Positions 48,160-61,350 of a stretch of DNA of 64,000 nucleotides are shown here, in pieces. The stretch is from assembly GCA_002269645.1 (NCBI GenBank), contig NIVC01000157.1:62001-126000 (forward strand). The letters are read 5' to 3'. Both the position numbers and the translations under genes were made by a program. Under the pieces are notes generated by a model. The model was not told the DNA's origin and did not search any database. It saw nothing but the letters and a program-made list of their open reading frames with translations. Every line of letters begins with the position of its first letter. Positions within the stretch are counted from its first letter, which is position 1. This DNA is from Macrostomum lignano. Taxonomy: Eukaryota.

Positions 48160-50858
48160 CAATGATTGTGGGCTAAATTGCTACAATGCTCAGTGCCTTG
48201 AAAATCACAAGCGCAAGAATAAGGCTGGTAGATCGCGCTGTGATTCGGTTCACGTTTGCGGGACGTGCGGCTATCTGGAAGAGCAAAGAGTAGGCCAGGC
48301 CCCCGAGCATCAGTGCGGTCACGCCAAGTGTCCAGTCTGCAAGCAGTACGCAGAAACTGCCACCCACGAGTGCTTTGTCACCCCGCCCAAAGCCAAAGAA
48401 TCTAGCGCCCCGTACGTTTACTACGATTTTGAGACGTACGTAGACTCTGACAAGCAGCACCGGGTACACTTGGTTACGGCAGCTACCTCGTGCGAGTCGT
48501 GTCCCAAACTCTTCCCCAGGCCCTGCTGTAGCGCGTGCGGGGGGTTGCACAGCTCAGCCAATTGCATTGCGGGACGCGATTTGGCGCGCGATTTTACTGG
48601 CTGTGTCTCCCACAATGACTGCGCTTGCGGGATGCGAGAGTTTGTTTCGGTTGGGCCGCACTCTATCGATGCCTTTTACTGCTGGTTGACTAGTGTGTTC
48701 AAGCAGGGGGCTATTGCTATTGCGCACAATGGCTCCGCGTATGACGCATTCCTCCTGCTCGGAGCCCTACTCAACGGACTGGCCAAGAAGAAGCCCCAAG
48801 TGATCTTCCAGAATAGCCGTTTAATGTACATGAAGAGCGACAAGATCACAACATTCAAGGACAGCCTCAACTTCATTCCTATTGGTCTGGCGCAATTCCC
48901 AAAGGCGCTTGGTTTAGGCACCCAGCTGACCAAGGGAGATTTCCCGCATGTGTTTAATCAACCGCAAATTTAGGACTACGTAGGGCCTTACTGTTCGATT
49001 GAAATGTACGGCGGGAAGAAAAACAAGCAGCATGACTCCATCGCAGACTGGCTGGCCAAGCAGGAGGGTCAAGTGTTTAATTTCAACAAGGAATACTTGG
49101 ACTACTGCCTGCAAGACACTCTAATTTTGCGGGAAGGGTGTCTAAAATACGCACGCCTGATTAAGGACATTTGCGGACTGGACGCATTTGTCCAATCTAA
49201 CACCATTGCAGGCTTGGCCATGGCTGTTTTCACTACCAAGTTTATGGAGCCCAACACTCTTGGGGTGATTTCCCGCCGGTCAGATGTGCAGTCGTACAAG
49301 GCGCGGTGCTGGCTTGCACCTTTGAATGCAACCGAGTTTGGTGGCCGGTTGCGGACAGCCGACTCTGGCGGCGAGGCTTTCGCCATGGGTCGAAAGGTGG
49401 ACGGCTTCGACCCAGAGACTAGGACAGTGCTCCAATTCCACGGCTGCTTCTATAATGGCTGTCCCAAGTGCTTCCCCAACGGCGACGTGCTGCACCCGCT
49501 CAAAAACCAGCCAATGCGGGCAATTTATGAAGAGACTGAGCGCTTCACTCGACTGCTCTCCACGGCCTAAAATGTACGTGTCCTGTGGGAGCACGACTAC
49601 CAGGACGAGGGAGCGCCAGTCCAGCCGCCTATTCGCCTGGAGGAGGCCCTATTTGGCGGCCGCACCGAGGCTTTTGTCCCGCACGCCGAGGCCACCGAGA
49701 CTGTGGAGCTGTGCTATCGGGATGTGGTAAGTTTCTCTTGCACAGTTTACTATACTAAATCTATATTCTACTACAACTACCACCACTTTCCCTTTAGGTG
49801 TCGCTCTACCCGACTGTCAACAAGTTTGACAAGTACCCTGTCGGGCACCCGGTTCACCACCCCGAGCCTCATCTACTGGATGAGGCTGGCCCGGTACTTT
49901 GGCATCGCCGAGGTCTCGATTCTGCCGCCTACCAATCTCCACATCCCGCTACTGCCCGCCAAGATTAGCAAGAAGCTGGTTTTCGGCCTCTGCCGCGTCT
50001 GCATGGAGACCCAGTGCAGCAGCGAGTGTACACACACTGACGCTGAGAGAATGCTCCGCGGTACATGGTCGACCCCAGAGCTCCACAAGGCCCTGCAGTT
50101 GGGTTACATGCCGCAGTCAGTTCATGCCCTGGCCTATTGGGCCGAGACTCGGAGCGGGCTGTTTGCAGACTATGTAAACACCTTTTTGAAGCTCAAGGCC
50201 GAGTCTAGCGGTTCGCCGGGGATGACTGAGAACGCCAAGGCCGCCTACATGGCCAGCTTTTTCGAGCGCGAAGGTGTCCGGCTGGAAAAGGTGGAAGAAA
50301 ATCCTGGCCTGCGCTTTGTTGCCAAGATTTTTCTAAACTCGTAAGTTGGGGTTTCTACTTGCCGTGGGGGACGTGTTTTTCTACTTACAGTAGCCAGATA
50401 TACCTACATATTCCCTAAAACTGCAGGCTCTGGGGCAAATTCTGCCAGCGCGACGACTTGACCTCCACGGAGATTGTGGACAGCTACGAGGCGTGGCTGC
50501 AGCGTCTGACGGACCCGTCCATCAAGGTCAAGTCGTGCGAGCCTGTCGGGGAGAGCTTCATGATGCTCGAATTCAAGCCCCGAATTGGTGGTGCTGGCGA
50601 GCGGGCCTTTAAGTACGCCAATGTACTAATTGGCGTTTTCACCACCTCCCACGCCCGGCTGCGACCATACGAGGCTTTGGAGGGCCTAGGGACCCGAGTC
50701 ATTTACGCTGATACTGATTCGTAAGTAATTTTTCCCCCTGTCTCTGTCTGTTTCCCACCTTAACACTATATCCTCCTGCTCCACAGGGTCGTGTATCGGT
50801 GCTCTCCCGGCCCGTACGAGCCTCCCGGCGGTTCGAGTTTGGGGCAGTGGACTGATGA
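48160..50858 (+). pseudogene. polB: Diverged pPolB (family 2, copy G), exons 4-7, inverted relative to its own 5' exons
   Basis: YDFETY, HNGSAYD, YCLQD. Introns 49727-49797, 50341-50426 and 50721-50786 sit at the same codon positions as in family 1 (RDV|VSLYP, LNS|LWGK, YADTDS|VVY). Nonsense codons at 48971 and 49568, and a frameshift at about 49885. Confidence 0.92.
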
Positions 50859-51220
50859 GGCCACAAATTGCAGGTAGGCGCAGGCCACAACTAGAGCTCG
50901 CAGCAGGCACCTCTTATCCGTGTTGGTAATGTGGACATAGTGCTTGGAGAAGGCATGGCGCTCCTCCAGAAGCTTGTTCTCGAGGGCACAGCCAACCTGA
51001 GGCACCCAGGCCTTTAGCAGACGGATAGAAAAGTTGCCCGTCAATACAGTGGCATCCGACTGCACAATCTTGTCAATGTGCTTAAACAACAACTCTGCTG
51101 TCATGTGGGCTGCACGCACCGGGGGAGTATGGGCCGCTTTGAGCATGTTGTCGCTCTCGAATTTCGCGGCCATAAAGTCTTCCCCCGCCAAATCCTGCTT
51201 AAAGACATCGAGCATGTCGG

Positions 51221-52096
51221 TATAAGGATTCAATTTCATATGCATGTAGGCCTTAGGGACTATTTAGGGACTATCGTAGGAACTATTAGGAATAGGACTT
51301 AGGATTTAGGAAATTAAGGAATTGCATTGTTATCAGAGCGTGGTGGAGTGTAGCAGTTGTGGACAGCTGCACTCTTACAAAAAGCCACAAGTGCTTGATG
51401 ACGGCATTGCAAAGGGCGAGTGCAGGCCACCCTAAAAGTCTGCTTCCACTTTAGAGGGGTTGTATGCCTTTATGTGGGGCGGGGTTCAATTACATTTTTT
51501 AACAGAGGCATTTCAGGAATCGCACGAGAAAGGGGAACCGTGAGAATCGGCCGGAATTGCGCGGTGGCTGGAAGACGTGGGAAATGATAACGCAGACAGT
51601 TTCACAGGGACTTCATCGGGGAAATTTACTATAAATAAGCGAGGGGTTAAATGCTAAAAACTTTACCTTTTCTCACTCTCTTTTCACTCTCTTTTAAACG
51701 CCTTGTATTAACTTTTGGATTGCTTAATAGTTTGCAAATCACGACGACCGCTTCTGCAGAAACCTGTGACCGGAGGGTAAGACTGAGCACTGACATGACT
51801 ATAGATTTATGAATATTAGCGTATCGGTCTCAGACCAGGTAGATAGGCGTAATTTATATATATATATAATAGATTAATAGGAGTATTTGAGTAGCTTAGT
51901 TATACCGTAGTGTCTCAGACTTATTCTCCCTGCTTGTAGCTCGCTTATTTGCTTATTAATACAAACGTTGAAAATGCAGTAGTAAATATAATTATATGGT
52001 TGATCGGTAAATAACATCCAAGCATATTCTACCTCGTTTGAGTCACTATTAATCATATGTAAGGTTCTTAGTTTGCGGCCAACTAGGAAGCTTATA
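51221..52096. mobile_element. Unclassified 876-bp non-coding insertion
   Basis: 5-bp target duplication GTCGG (51216-51220 and 52097-52101) and 6-bp terminal inverted repeat TATAAG...CTTATA. Removing it restores EVFAD|MLDVFK in pol exon 3. Confidence 0.8.
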
Positions 52097-52399
52097 GTCG
52101 GCAAACACCTCCCGCAAATCTTCGGTGTTAGTAATGCGCACCACATACTCGACGCCCTTTGCCCTAAACTTGGGCAGGTCACGTTGATTATCTAGCCGGG
52201 CCGTAAAGCCTGCAGGGAATGAATGGGAGTGTGAGTCAGCCCGGGTCTGTCTGGGGAATGGGGGCTAGATAACTCACCCGGTCCGGTAACTGATTCAGGT
52301 TGGGCAGGCGGAACAAACGCGTCTGAAAAAACAAGAAAATAAAAAATCAGAAGAATCTGTCAATTCGCGGCACCCCAGGATCAGACTCCAACCGGCTCA

Positions 52400-52900
52400 T
52401 TGTTTGTGCTCCTGCATAACCCCTTGCGCTCAGGCCCTCCTGCCGACACGCGTCTGCAATTTTTTTAACCCCAGCCCGCAGCTGTTATCCAGCCTGCTCT
52501 TTGTTTGCGCTCCCACATAACCCTTGCACGCAAGCCCTTCTGCCGACACGCGTCTGCAATTTTTTTAACCCCAGCCCGCAGCCGTTATCCGACCTGCTCT
52601 TTGTTTGCGCACCCTCCCTACTCAAACTCGTAAGCCCCCTGTCGCAGCACTCTGAATTCCCGCATGCGCCTGAAGCTGTCAGAGCGCCCACCATTTTTTA
52701 TCGGTCTGGCTCATTGTTTGCGCTCACGCATAACCACTCGCGCGCAAGCTCTCTCGCTGAAACGCTCTGCAATTTTTTTAACCCCAGCCCGCAGCTGTTA
52801 TCCTGCCTGGCTCTTTGTTTGCGCGCCCTCCCTACTCAAACTCGTAAGCCCCCTGTCGCAGCACTCTGAATTCCTGCATGCTCCTGCCCCTTGCCAATTC
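52400..52900. repeat. Degenerate tandem repeats in family 2 pol intron 1
   Basis: TCTGCAATTTTTTTAACCCCAGCCCGCAGC.GTTATCC...CTCTTTGTTTGCGC occurs three times. Confidence 0.85.
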
Positions 52901-53041
52901 ATAGAAGCTCGCTGCTGCAGCAACTCAAAACCCGTCTAGACTGATAAACAACCGTCGGAAATTAATTAAAACTTACCATAAAGACGTTGCCTCTTGTCAG
53001 CCAGGAAAGCTGTCGATGCTGCGCTGCGTTTAGTCATTTTG

Positions 53042-53046
<5 letters not shown>

Positions 53047-53096
<50 letters not shown>
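53047..53096. repeat. (AG)25 microsatellite in the family 2 divergent promoter region
   Basis: Direct inspection. Confidence 0.97.
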
Positions 53097-53099
<3 letters not shown>

Positions 53100-53298
53100 G
53101 ATTATCTCTCTACCCCTGTTCTGGGGGTCTAAATATATACTAGAAACCTGCTAAGCTCGTCTATTATTGGTCAAATCACCAAAAAACCAACCAGAATCAC
53201 CCAAAATCACCCCTAAAATCACACCCTCCCCACCCTCCATCTGGGGTATATAAAGCGCTGCACGGCTGTCAGAGAGCTCTCTGCTGCTGCTGCTAATC

Positions 53299-53847
53299 AT
53301 GTCTTCTATCGCTCTATACTAAAACTTTGTGGTGCGGAAGCCCACATTTGAAACGGAGCATGACTTAATTGAAATCCGTCGTCTCTACACCAACGAAGCC
53401 GGAGTGTGGAAGGACGGCTTCCCAGCAATCTATTTAAGCGAGGCCGAGTGGAAGAAGCTCGAAGCTGCGCGCCCTGACCTGGAGGTGGCAGCACGTCTTC
53501 ACGTGGACAAGCGGGTCGTGCTGGGCAATTTCAAGGCGGTCGAGGCTTCACAGGGGAGGATTCGTTTGCGGCGCAATTGGCTCAATCGGGATCCAAAGTT
53601 TAATTGGCGCTACACGATCGAATTCACGCCTGAACTGTGGCACCGGATGTTTGCCGCCCGTTTGGGCAAGCTCTTCAAGTCGGCACCCGAGGATCCGCTG
53701 CCGGCCAAGCGAACCAAGACAGAGACCCCTCCGGTAGCCAGGACTGAGGAGGAGGAAAATCTCGAGGACGTTCTCCAGGTTGTGGGTCTCAAACCCTACC
53801 AATCCCCGCCCTGGGAAAATCTGTTTGACGAGAGTCAGCGCTGGTAG
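53299..53847 (+). pseudogene. Family 2 PC4-like gene
   Basis: VRKPTFETEHDLIEIRRLYTNEAGVWKDGFPAIYLSEAEWKKLE...WRYTIEFTPELW. TATA GGGTATATAAA at about 53244-53254. The ATG at 53299 is in frame but followed by TAA seven codons later. Confidence 0.7.
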
Positions 53848-53960
53848 TTTCCTATTGGCTCACACTACCCCGCGGGGCTCCTTATATAACTAATCTATCC
53901 TGTCTCCAGAGAGCCAAACCTAATTTTAGCTCTGATACTATAGTCTCTGTCGATTCCAAC

Positions 53961-55216
53961 ATGTCCCGCCGCCGAGCTCTATCCACCCTCTGGGATAACA
54001 ACCGCCCATCTGAAGAATTAGCCGCCCTCGACGGTGATATACCCGAACACATAATCCCTATAGGCATAGAAAACGGCGAACCTGAATATCCTGAAAATTG
54101 GGGTGCTGATATAGCCTTATCTTGGGCTTTGTGGGCTATTACCTATGATAGCGACCCGGAGTCTGAGATTTTCGACATCCCGTGGGGTAATACCTATGAT
54201 AGCGACCCAGAGTCTGAGATTTTCGACCTCCCGCCGCTGACTATCGGAGGGGTGTGAACGCCGCCTCTGTCGCTGCCGCCTCTGCCTCTGCCGCCTCTGT
54301 CGCTGCCGCCTCTGCCTCTGCCGCTGCCGCCCCTGGTGCTGCCGACTCTGGTGCCTCTGCTGCGACCGCCGCTACCTCCCCTGGTGCTGCCACCTCTGCC
54401 GACTCTGGTGCCTCTGCTGCCGCTGCCGCCCCTGGTGCTGTCGACTCTGGTGCCTCTGCTGCGACCGCGGCTACCGCCCCTGGTGCTGCCTCCTATGCCG
54501 ACTCTGGTGCCTCTGGTGCCTCTGCTGCCGCCGCTACCGCCCCTGGTGCTGCCGCCGCTGCCGCCCCTGGTGCTGCCTCCTCTGCCAACTCTGGTGCCTC
54601 TGCCGCTGCCAACTCTGCCTCCTCCACCTCCAGCCGGGCCTCGATACCATCAGCCTCTACGATCCTTCTCTTTGGCGATGAGGACTTGGATATGTCCGAG
54701 GAGATCGCCATGGTCCGCGAGCGCTTTCCACGCATTGTGGCCTCATTTTTCCGCAGTGATATTGAGTGGCTGAGGTCTCGTCACCCCGACGGCTTGCCTC
54801 CCCAAGACAGCTTTGTCGAGGCCTTTAATCGGGTTCTCGATACTTTGGTGTCGAGGGGGGCTGATCTACAGGTGTTGGAGGCGGAGACGCTACACCAGGA
54901 TTGGCTAATGGGGCGAAATTCGCATGCGTTCGACTCTGAGGCATACCTGGCCGGTCCAGGAGCGCGCCCTACTGCGTGGGACGCACCTTTAGTAAGATAT
55001 TACACTGCATACACAATTCATCTAATCATATACAATGCATATATTCTATCTACATTGAATGTTTTAATTTTCACATTGCAGTCGGCCGACTACTGATTCG
55101 AGACCGTTGAGGAGGAGGCGGCATATGAGACAGCACTGAGGGAGCGGATGGAGGTTGAGGGTTTGTGGTTTTTTCTCCCTGTAAGTGGTTTAGGGGAACC
55201 CCGCAGTATACACTGA
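53961..55216 (+). pseudogene. Gene Y' (family 2): Ala/Ser-rich linker, helical domain and terminal exon
   Basis: Frameshift at about 54252 (in frame in the 45.9 kb copy), intron 54992-55081, and exon 2 SADY*FETVEEEAAYETALRERMEVE homologous to gene Y exon 2. Confidence 0.7.
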
Positions 55217-56101
55217 GTAGATAGGAATGGGGTTGACTGCGGTTAAAAGACTAATTCAGATGGCTCACCCCTAGGGAGAAAATTGTCTCCCTTACACAGT
55301 CTCCCCTGACTGAGATTCGCCTGTCTGCGCGGCACTTGGGAGCCGCTAAAATCCTATTTGGAAGCCCCCATTTGGGGAGGAAAAATAGCTCTCCTAGGTG
55401 AGGGTCCCCTTGTCTGGATGAAAATAGCTCACTGTACATTGGGATCCCCTCGAAACATTACTCAGCCCGCCTTGGTCTCCGCTGTCTGGCGCTAGATGCA
55501 GTGTCGGTCGCTTTGCACTCAGCTGGGGAGGGACTGGCTCTCTGTTTCTCCGCCCTCACTGTACTCGCCCCTGGGGAGGAATGCCTTCATGCGTGTCTCG
55601 AATATCCCTTACTAGGTGGGCCGGATATTTTACCATTGTTTGCACCTACATTATGTCAATATATGCTTAATTTTGCGTACATATGTTGCATATATCACAA
55701 TTTGTACCTTCCGTGTGTATATTTTAGCCCATGCACCTCCATTAATTTGAATCTACAGTGTATTTTGCCTATATACGGTTGCATTATACTTGCATCTACT
55801 GTGTGTAAGTGTCTATTTCAACCTATGTTTAGTTTTCGTGCAGTATACTTGAATCTGCCTACTACACTAACAAAGCGATATGTACCTGCTATTTTGCCAG
55901 TTTTACCGTCTGCCAATATAACGATAATATTATTGTGTGTATTTTGCTATACCTAAGTTTGTACACCTATATGCATTATGCACCAATATGTACATTTTTA
56001 ATATGCACCTGCATTATACCTACCGTGTATTTTTATGTAAATATACATAATTAAATCCACTATAGTGCATAATTTTGTGTTTTTATCGCTAACTACACGT
56101 A

Positions 56102-56223
56102 TATTGGGAGAGTGTACACCTGTATTGGACGAGTGTACCTACATATCAGGAGAGTGTACACATGTATTGGGCGAGTGTACACGTGTATTGGGCGAGTGTA
56201 CACCTGTATTGGGCGAGTATACC
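56102..56223. repeat. 21-bp tandem repeat (TATTGGGCGAGTGTACACCTG), about 6 copies
   Basis: Units start at 56102, 56123, 56144, 56165, 56186 and 56207. Confidence 0.92.
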
Positions 56224-56349
56224 TTCGGTTTGGGGTGCCTGTGGCAGGGAGGGTGCCTGCGGTGTACATATAGGGGCGCCCGCGGCAGGGAGGGTAGCAC
56301 TTGGTTATCAGATTGTTAATGTCAAGTCAACCAATGTCCAGTGATAAGC

Positions 56350-58430
56350 AATGGCAAGCTGTAACAAATCATTAACACGGGCTTATTTCTCTCGTCTATC
56401 GGCAACTGAAGCAATGTGCATTTTATGCAATACCAAGATTTCAACAAAAGGAAGTTCAACATCAGGAATGCGCACTTATTTGCGGTCTAAGCATAATGAT
56501 CTTTCTGATTCTACTGGTCCAGCTAAGGCCTACAGCTACAATCTCTACTAGTACTACATGTACTACTCAAGGGCCTAGCCAAGCAAGCAAGCGCAGTGCT
56601 GTTTCTGATATATCTGCTACTACTGTTGACACTGGAAGAAGTGCTGAAACTTCTTCTCTAGCTCCAATCCTCCAAGTCTAGCTCTAGGTTCTTCTAATGC
56701 AAGTCCAAGTCTAATGGCATCAAAGCAAAGGCGAATTGGTGAATTTTTTTAAGTTAAAGTGGAAAATCCAAATTTGGTACTGGCTAGAATGGTAGCTAAA
56801 GATGGCATTGAATTTTCTCTATTCATTATGTCAACAGATCTTCGTGCCGCATTACATGCCCGAGGGCTTCAACTGACAAAGTCTAAAGATACCATCAAGG
56901 CTCGTGTGTTAGACTTCGCTGCAGAAGTTGAAGGAAAAATGAAACGTGACCTAGACATCCGTCGTGAAAAAATAAACGGTTTGCTTTAACGATTGATGAA
57001 TAGAATGGTGTTAATAATCGTCGCTACATGAATATTAATGTCCACCTATTCAATCTTGGCTTAGTTCGCATCAGAGGGTCTATGAATGCAGAGCGTTGTG
57101 TAGAACTTGTGACTGATCACATTGCGAAATTCGGACTTGACGTTAACTGTGACATCATTTCATGCACAACAGGTTCTGCTTTAGTCATGGTTAAGTTTGG
57201 GAAACTTCTCAAACAGAACATCAGTTGTGCTATTCGCACAGTATACATTTGGCTGTGTCTGATGTGCTGTATACCAAGAAGAGCAATGAAGAGAAGATCA
57301 GATCGAGTCTGCTGCTTCTGAAGAGACTTTTCAAGCTGAACAGCCAAAACTTCCAGAAGGTAATTTACAAGATCCTGATGATTCTGATGAGGAAGTTGAA
57401 GATGAAGAGTACTCTAGTGCTTCTGCTGCTACTGCTGGTCTGTGGAACCTTGGCTATGATGATGGTCCTTCAAATGGCATCCAGTTGACTGCTTCAGTGT
57501 TTGATGCAATCAAGAAAGTGCGGGAAACTAAAGTTTTTCAAGAAAAGCCCTACCCGCAATGACACTTTCCAATCAATTGTCAAGGAAGCACTTGGTCATG
57601 AGCTTTTTTTACTTCTGGATGTACTGACAAGATGGAATTCTCTGGTGCACATGACTGAGCGATTCCTATTGCTGCTGAAGCCCATTCAGCGTACACTTCT
57701 GCATTTAGACCAGGAGCCGCTATTCAATCAAGCTGATATCAAGTACATTTAAGAGATTACTAATGCCTTGAAGCTTATTGAGTTAGTAGTGAGCGTATTA
57801 TCACAGCGTGACTGTACAATTTTGAAGGCCCAGACATCAGTTGAGTTCGCCATCTCCGAACTGAATGATCAAGGCACCAAGTTGGCTGAAGATTTGGCAG
57901 CTGCTTTGACCAAGTGAATTAAACATTCTGGTGCTATTGTTGATGCTGTTAGCTTTCTAAACCGTTTTGGCAAGGCTAACACACCATGTGAGCTAAACAC
58001 AGTCAAGTAAACCCTGGTCTCAATAGCAAAAAAGCTGGCTTTGTATCCAGGATCAGAATCAGATCCTGGTCAGCAAAATGAGATGGCATGACTGATGAAG
58101 AACCTGACTGTCTCCTGCCATCTACTGATGGCGAGGATGGCAATGGTGCTAGCAAAGTAACTGCATCAACCTCAAGCATGGAGTCACGGCTCAGAAAAGC
58201 ACTCTAGGAATGCAACCTGCCAAAAGGACAAAGCACAAGTTTTCTCTAGAGTCAACAATTGGTCATGAGCTGGAATTTCTATAAGCCACTGGCCAATGTG
58301 GAAGACTTCTTGAGAACCTATTCCAGGCTCTAATGACAATTCCACCCACAAGTGTAGATGCAGAGCGTGCATTTTCGGCGAGCAATACATTTCTATCAAA
58401 GGTGCGATCACCGATCAGGGCTATCTAATA
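56350..58430 (+). pseudogene. Degenerate hAT transposase with BED finger
   Basis: YFSR...AMCILCNTKIS..GSSTSGMR.YL..KH (BED), CYSHSIHLAV, LLLDVLTRWNS and the C-terminal PTSVDAERAFS motif; many stops and frameshifts. Confidence 0.88.
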
Positions 58431-59429
58431 AGACATTGCCGAAAATGATTTTACTTTGTCATTACTTCAATAAAATAAAATAGTCTATTGCTTTGCGCCG
58501 CCCCCTTGGCACTGCACTACTGACAAAGAAAGACAGCTGCAGCAAATCTGATGCCACAGTTTTAAAAACTTGTTTTTGTCACTTGTCAGCATGTAAATCC
58601 CCATTTAACTATTTTACAGTGTGTTTCTCTTCATAATTTTATGCTATGCCGATTGCTATATATACATGCATTAAATTGCATGATGATGATATGAATAATC
58701 AATAAATTATGCATTGCTCTAATTAATGGTTCAACAGTAAGATTATAACTTGTCTATAACAAATGTTTTAGTAGAAATTTCTGCCATTTACAAATTGCAA
58801 TGTGTTACTAATTTTTCGTAATAAAGAGGCAATACACCTAGTTAAAGGGAGCACTTAGTAGGCAAAGGCTACGTCAGATCTTGGGTCTGGGGATAGAGGA
58901 AAGCAGGCCTGTTTTACTGGGGAATAGGGATGGGCAGTTTTGGGAGGGAGGAGTTGTACGCTCTTTGTAGAGGAAAAAAAGAGAGGAAAGATTGCACGTC
59001 TGACATCTTTAAATGAACAAAGTGGACTCAGTTGCTATTGCTATTTTTAGACTATGATTGGCGCTAAGGCCTAATAGCAATTGCCAGAACAGGGCAGTCA
59101 AGCACAAGTTGTTCTTTGTTGCTGTATATTAGCTCATATATGTAGTAATTTTACTAAATATGGCGCAAAATTATTAACAAAATTTAAGCAATAGTACATA
59201 GTAACAGTAAGCATAATAAAGCAACTTAGCAAAGCAAGGCAATATATTGAACCACTTAATAAGAAAAAACAGGATAAACGGGACAATAGGATAAAGAATG
59301 CTATTAAAATGATAACTACAATACAAGAAATTACAGCATTCCTTCGGTTTACGATCATTTTTCCACCCGTATTTCGGTTTACGATCCACATGTATTTTTC
59401 TATTTTAGTGATCATGGCCTGCTCAAAAG

Positions 59430-61350
59430 AAGCAAAAATTGAGAAACCAGGATTATTCGTTTCACTGGAAAAACTGAGCGGAATAGCCGACCTAGTTTCT
59501 CCCATGGCATGGCGATTCATTGACAAAGTAAATTAGATTACACTACTTCAAGCCGAAGGTCTTCTAGCTGAATCAATGTCGTGTCCAACATGCGGTAGCG
59601 CAATGAAAATGATGCCTGCGCACAACACCCCTATAGGAAAAAGTTGTAAAACCGCGGACGGTGTCCGGCGCACTTTTGAAATTTTTCTAAAGCGCAGCGC
59701 GCGCACAGGCGCAGCGCCTGCGCGCGCTGCCCTTTCTTACTGGCTGCTGCTCTAGCAAATACATATACATGGAAATGGGTATAATACCTCTGTTGAAGGG
59801 GCTTATACACTTGTAATTTATTAAGCTTAGAGATGTTCCGAAAATTCAATTTCAATTTTCCAAAATTTGAAATTTTTTAGAGCGAATTTCAATTTCGAAA
59901 TAAAATTTAGAAGTGAAAATTTTGGTAGTGTCTAAAAAGTCGCTAAAAATAAACTACTTTCTACTACATATACATTTATTACTTTTTGCTTAAGCAGTAA
60001 ATTGAAAGTAAAAAAGTGAGTGTTGATCATACTAAACTTTGTTTTTCTGAATTATGATTTCGGGAAATTTCAATTTTGATTTTGGAAAGTTAGCGAATTT
60101 TAATTTCGACGAAACTGCAGATCTTTCGGAACATCTCTAATAATCCTAAAGCGCGGTAAAATAGTTTGACTCTTTTCTAAAGCGCGCGTCCGCGGGTTTT
60201 TAACATTTATTCCAATAGGGCACAACACTGCAGACGGCCTCGTTTTTTGGTGCAAAATCAACAATACGTCTCCATTTGGTGCCCATGAAAAACGGGTATC
60301 CATCTGGAAATTCTCCTTCTTCGAAGGATCAAAATTGAATCCGATGGACATCGTAGGCTTTATCACACATTATCTGCTCGGTGTGTTGCAAAAGTGAGTA
60401 AAACCTATATATCCACTTTGGTTTATGATCATTTAAATGGCAGAAATACATGTAAATGATCGTGAACCGAAGGTAGGAGGTTTTGGTGTAAGTAGTAGAG
60501 CAGTAAACCGAAATTGATCATTATCGGGATACACACTACCTTTGGTTTACAATCATTTACATACAGATTCTATATTCATATGATCGTAAACCAAAGCTGA
60601 GGGGGGGTAGTGGAGATGTAATAGTATTACTAATTCATTTGTTTTCATCCACAGATCTCTGCAGACGATGTACAGAGTTGAGTTGGAAGCTGCCGTATAG
60701 TGGTGGAACTACTGTCGTGACATTATGTACAAATGGTTTGAAAGTCAACGAGAAAGCATCATGATTGGTCACGTTGGTCACACAGTTGAAATCAACGAAA
60801 GTCTCTTTAGACGCAAAATGAAGTACAACAAAGGTGCCTGAAAAGGCTGTCAGATATGGGTCTTTAGAATGGTTGACCGCGATGACGGACGCTGCATTAT
60901 TTGGCCTGTAGCTGACAGATTGGCCGAAACACTTCTACTGCTCATTTAAAAGTTTGTGTAGCCCGAAACGGCAATTTACAGTGACGGATGGGCAGCTTAC
61001 TTGAAAGTGGAAGAGATGGGTTACACCCATTGGACCATGTCACACAAGGACACTTTTAAGGTGACAATAATTCATAATTCTGAGAGGCGTGAGGTGCACA
61101 CTAACCGTATTGAAGGTTTCTAGGGCAATAGCAAAGCGAAATTCAAGTCAATGCGAGGAACGTCAGCTGTCCATTTTGCTTCGCATCTTGTCGAGCAGAT
61201 GTATCGAACTCACCATAGCAAAGAGCCATGCGAACTTGTGAAGCAGTTCTGGAATGACCTGAAGGTAGTCTATTCGTGCGCGACGCCGGCAGTAGTTTCT
61301 GACAGTCGTCTATTTGACTTGGACCTATCGGCAATTAAACTGGCTTGAAA
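59430..61350 (+). pseudogene. Merlin (IS1016/IS1595-like) transposase pseudogene with intron
   Basis: CPTCGSAM...DGLVFWC...SIWKFSFFEGSKL, VEINESLFRRKMKYNKG, IYSDGWAAY and VHTNRIEG. Confidence 0.85.
59629..60220. mobile_element. 592-bp MITE inserted in the Merlin ORF
   Basis: 8-bp target duplication CACAACAC (59621-59628 and 60221-60228), imperfect TIRs CCCTATAGGA.../...TCCAATAGGG and internal inverted blocks. Removal restores MPAHNT|ADGLVFWC. Confidence 0.88.

Larger units (their letters stand above)
50860..53037 (-). pseudogene. polB: Family 2 pPolB 5' exons 1-3
   Basis: Exon 1 53037-52977 (MTKRSAASTAFLADKRQRLY), micro-exon 52322-52278 (DAFVPPAQPESVTGPG) and exon 3 from 52209 (GFTARLDNQRDLPKFRAKGVEY...DKRCLLRALVVA). 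All GT-AG junctions are in phase 1. Confidence 0.85.

Noticed and set aside
51250-51320. Telomeric TTAGGG array
   Set aside because: Only a few degenerate TTAGG units inside an insertion.
55094-55096. TGA aligned to Cys in Y' as selenocysteine
   Set aside because: The same copy has a frameshift and no SECIS was recognised; a simple TGY>TGA nonsense change is more likely.
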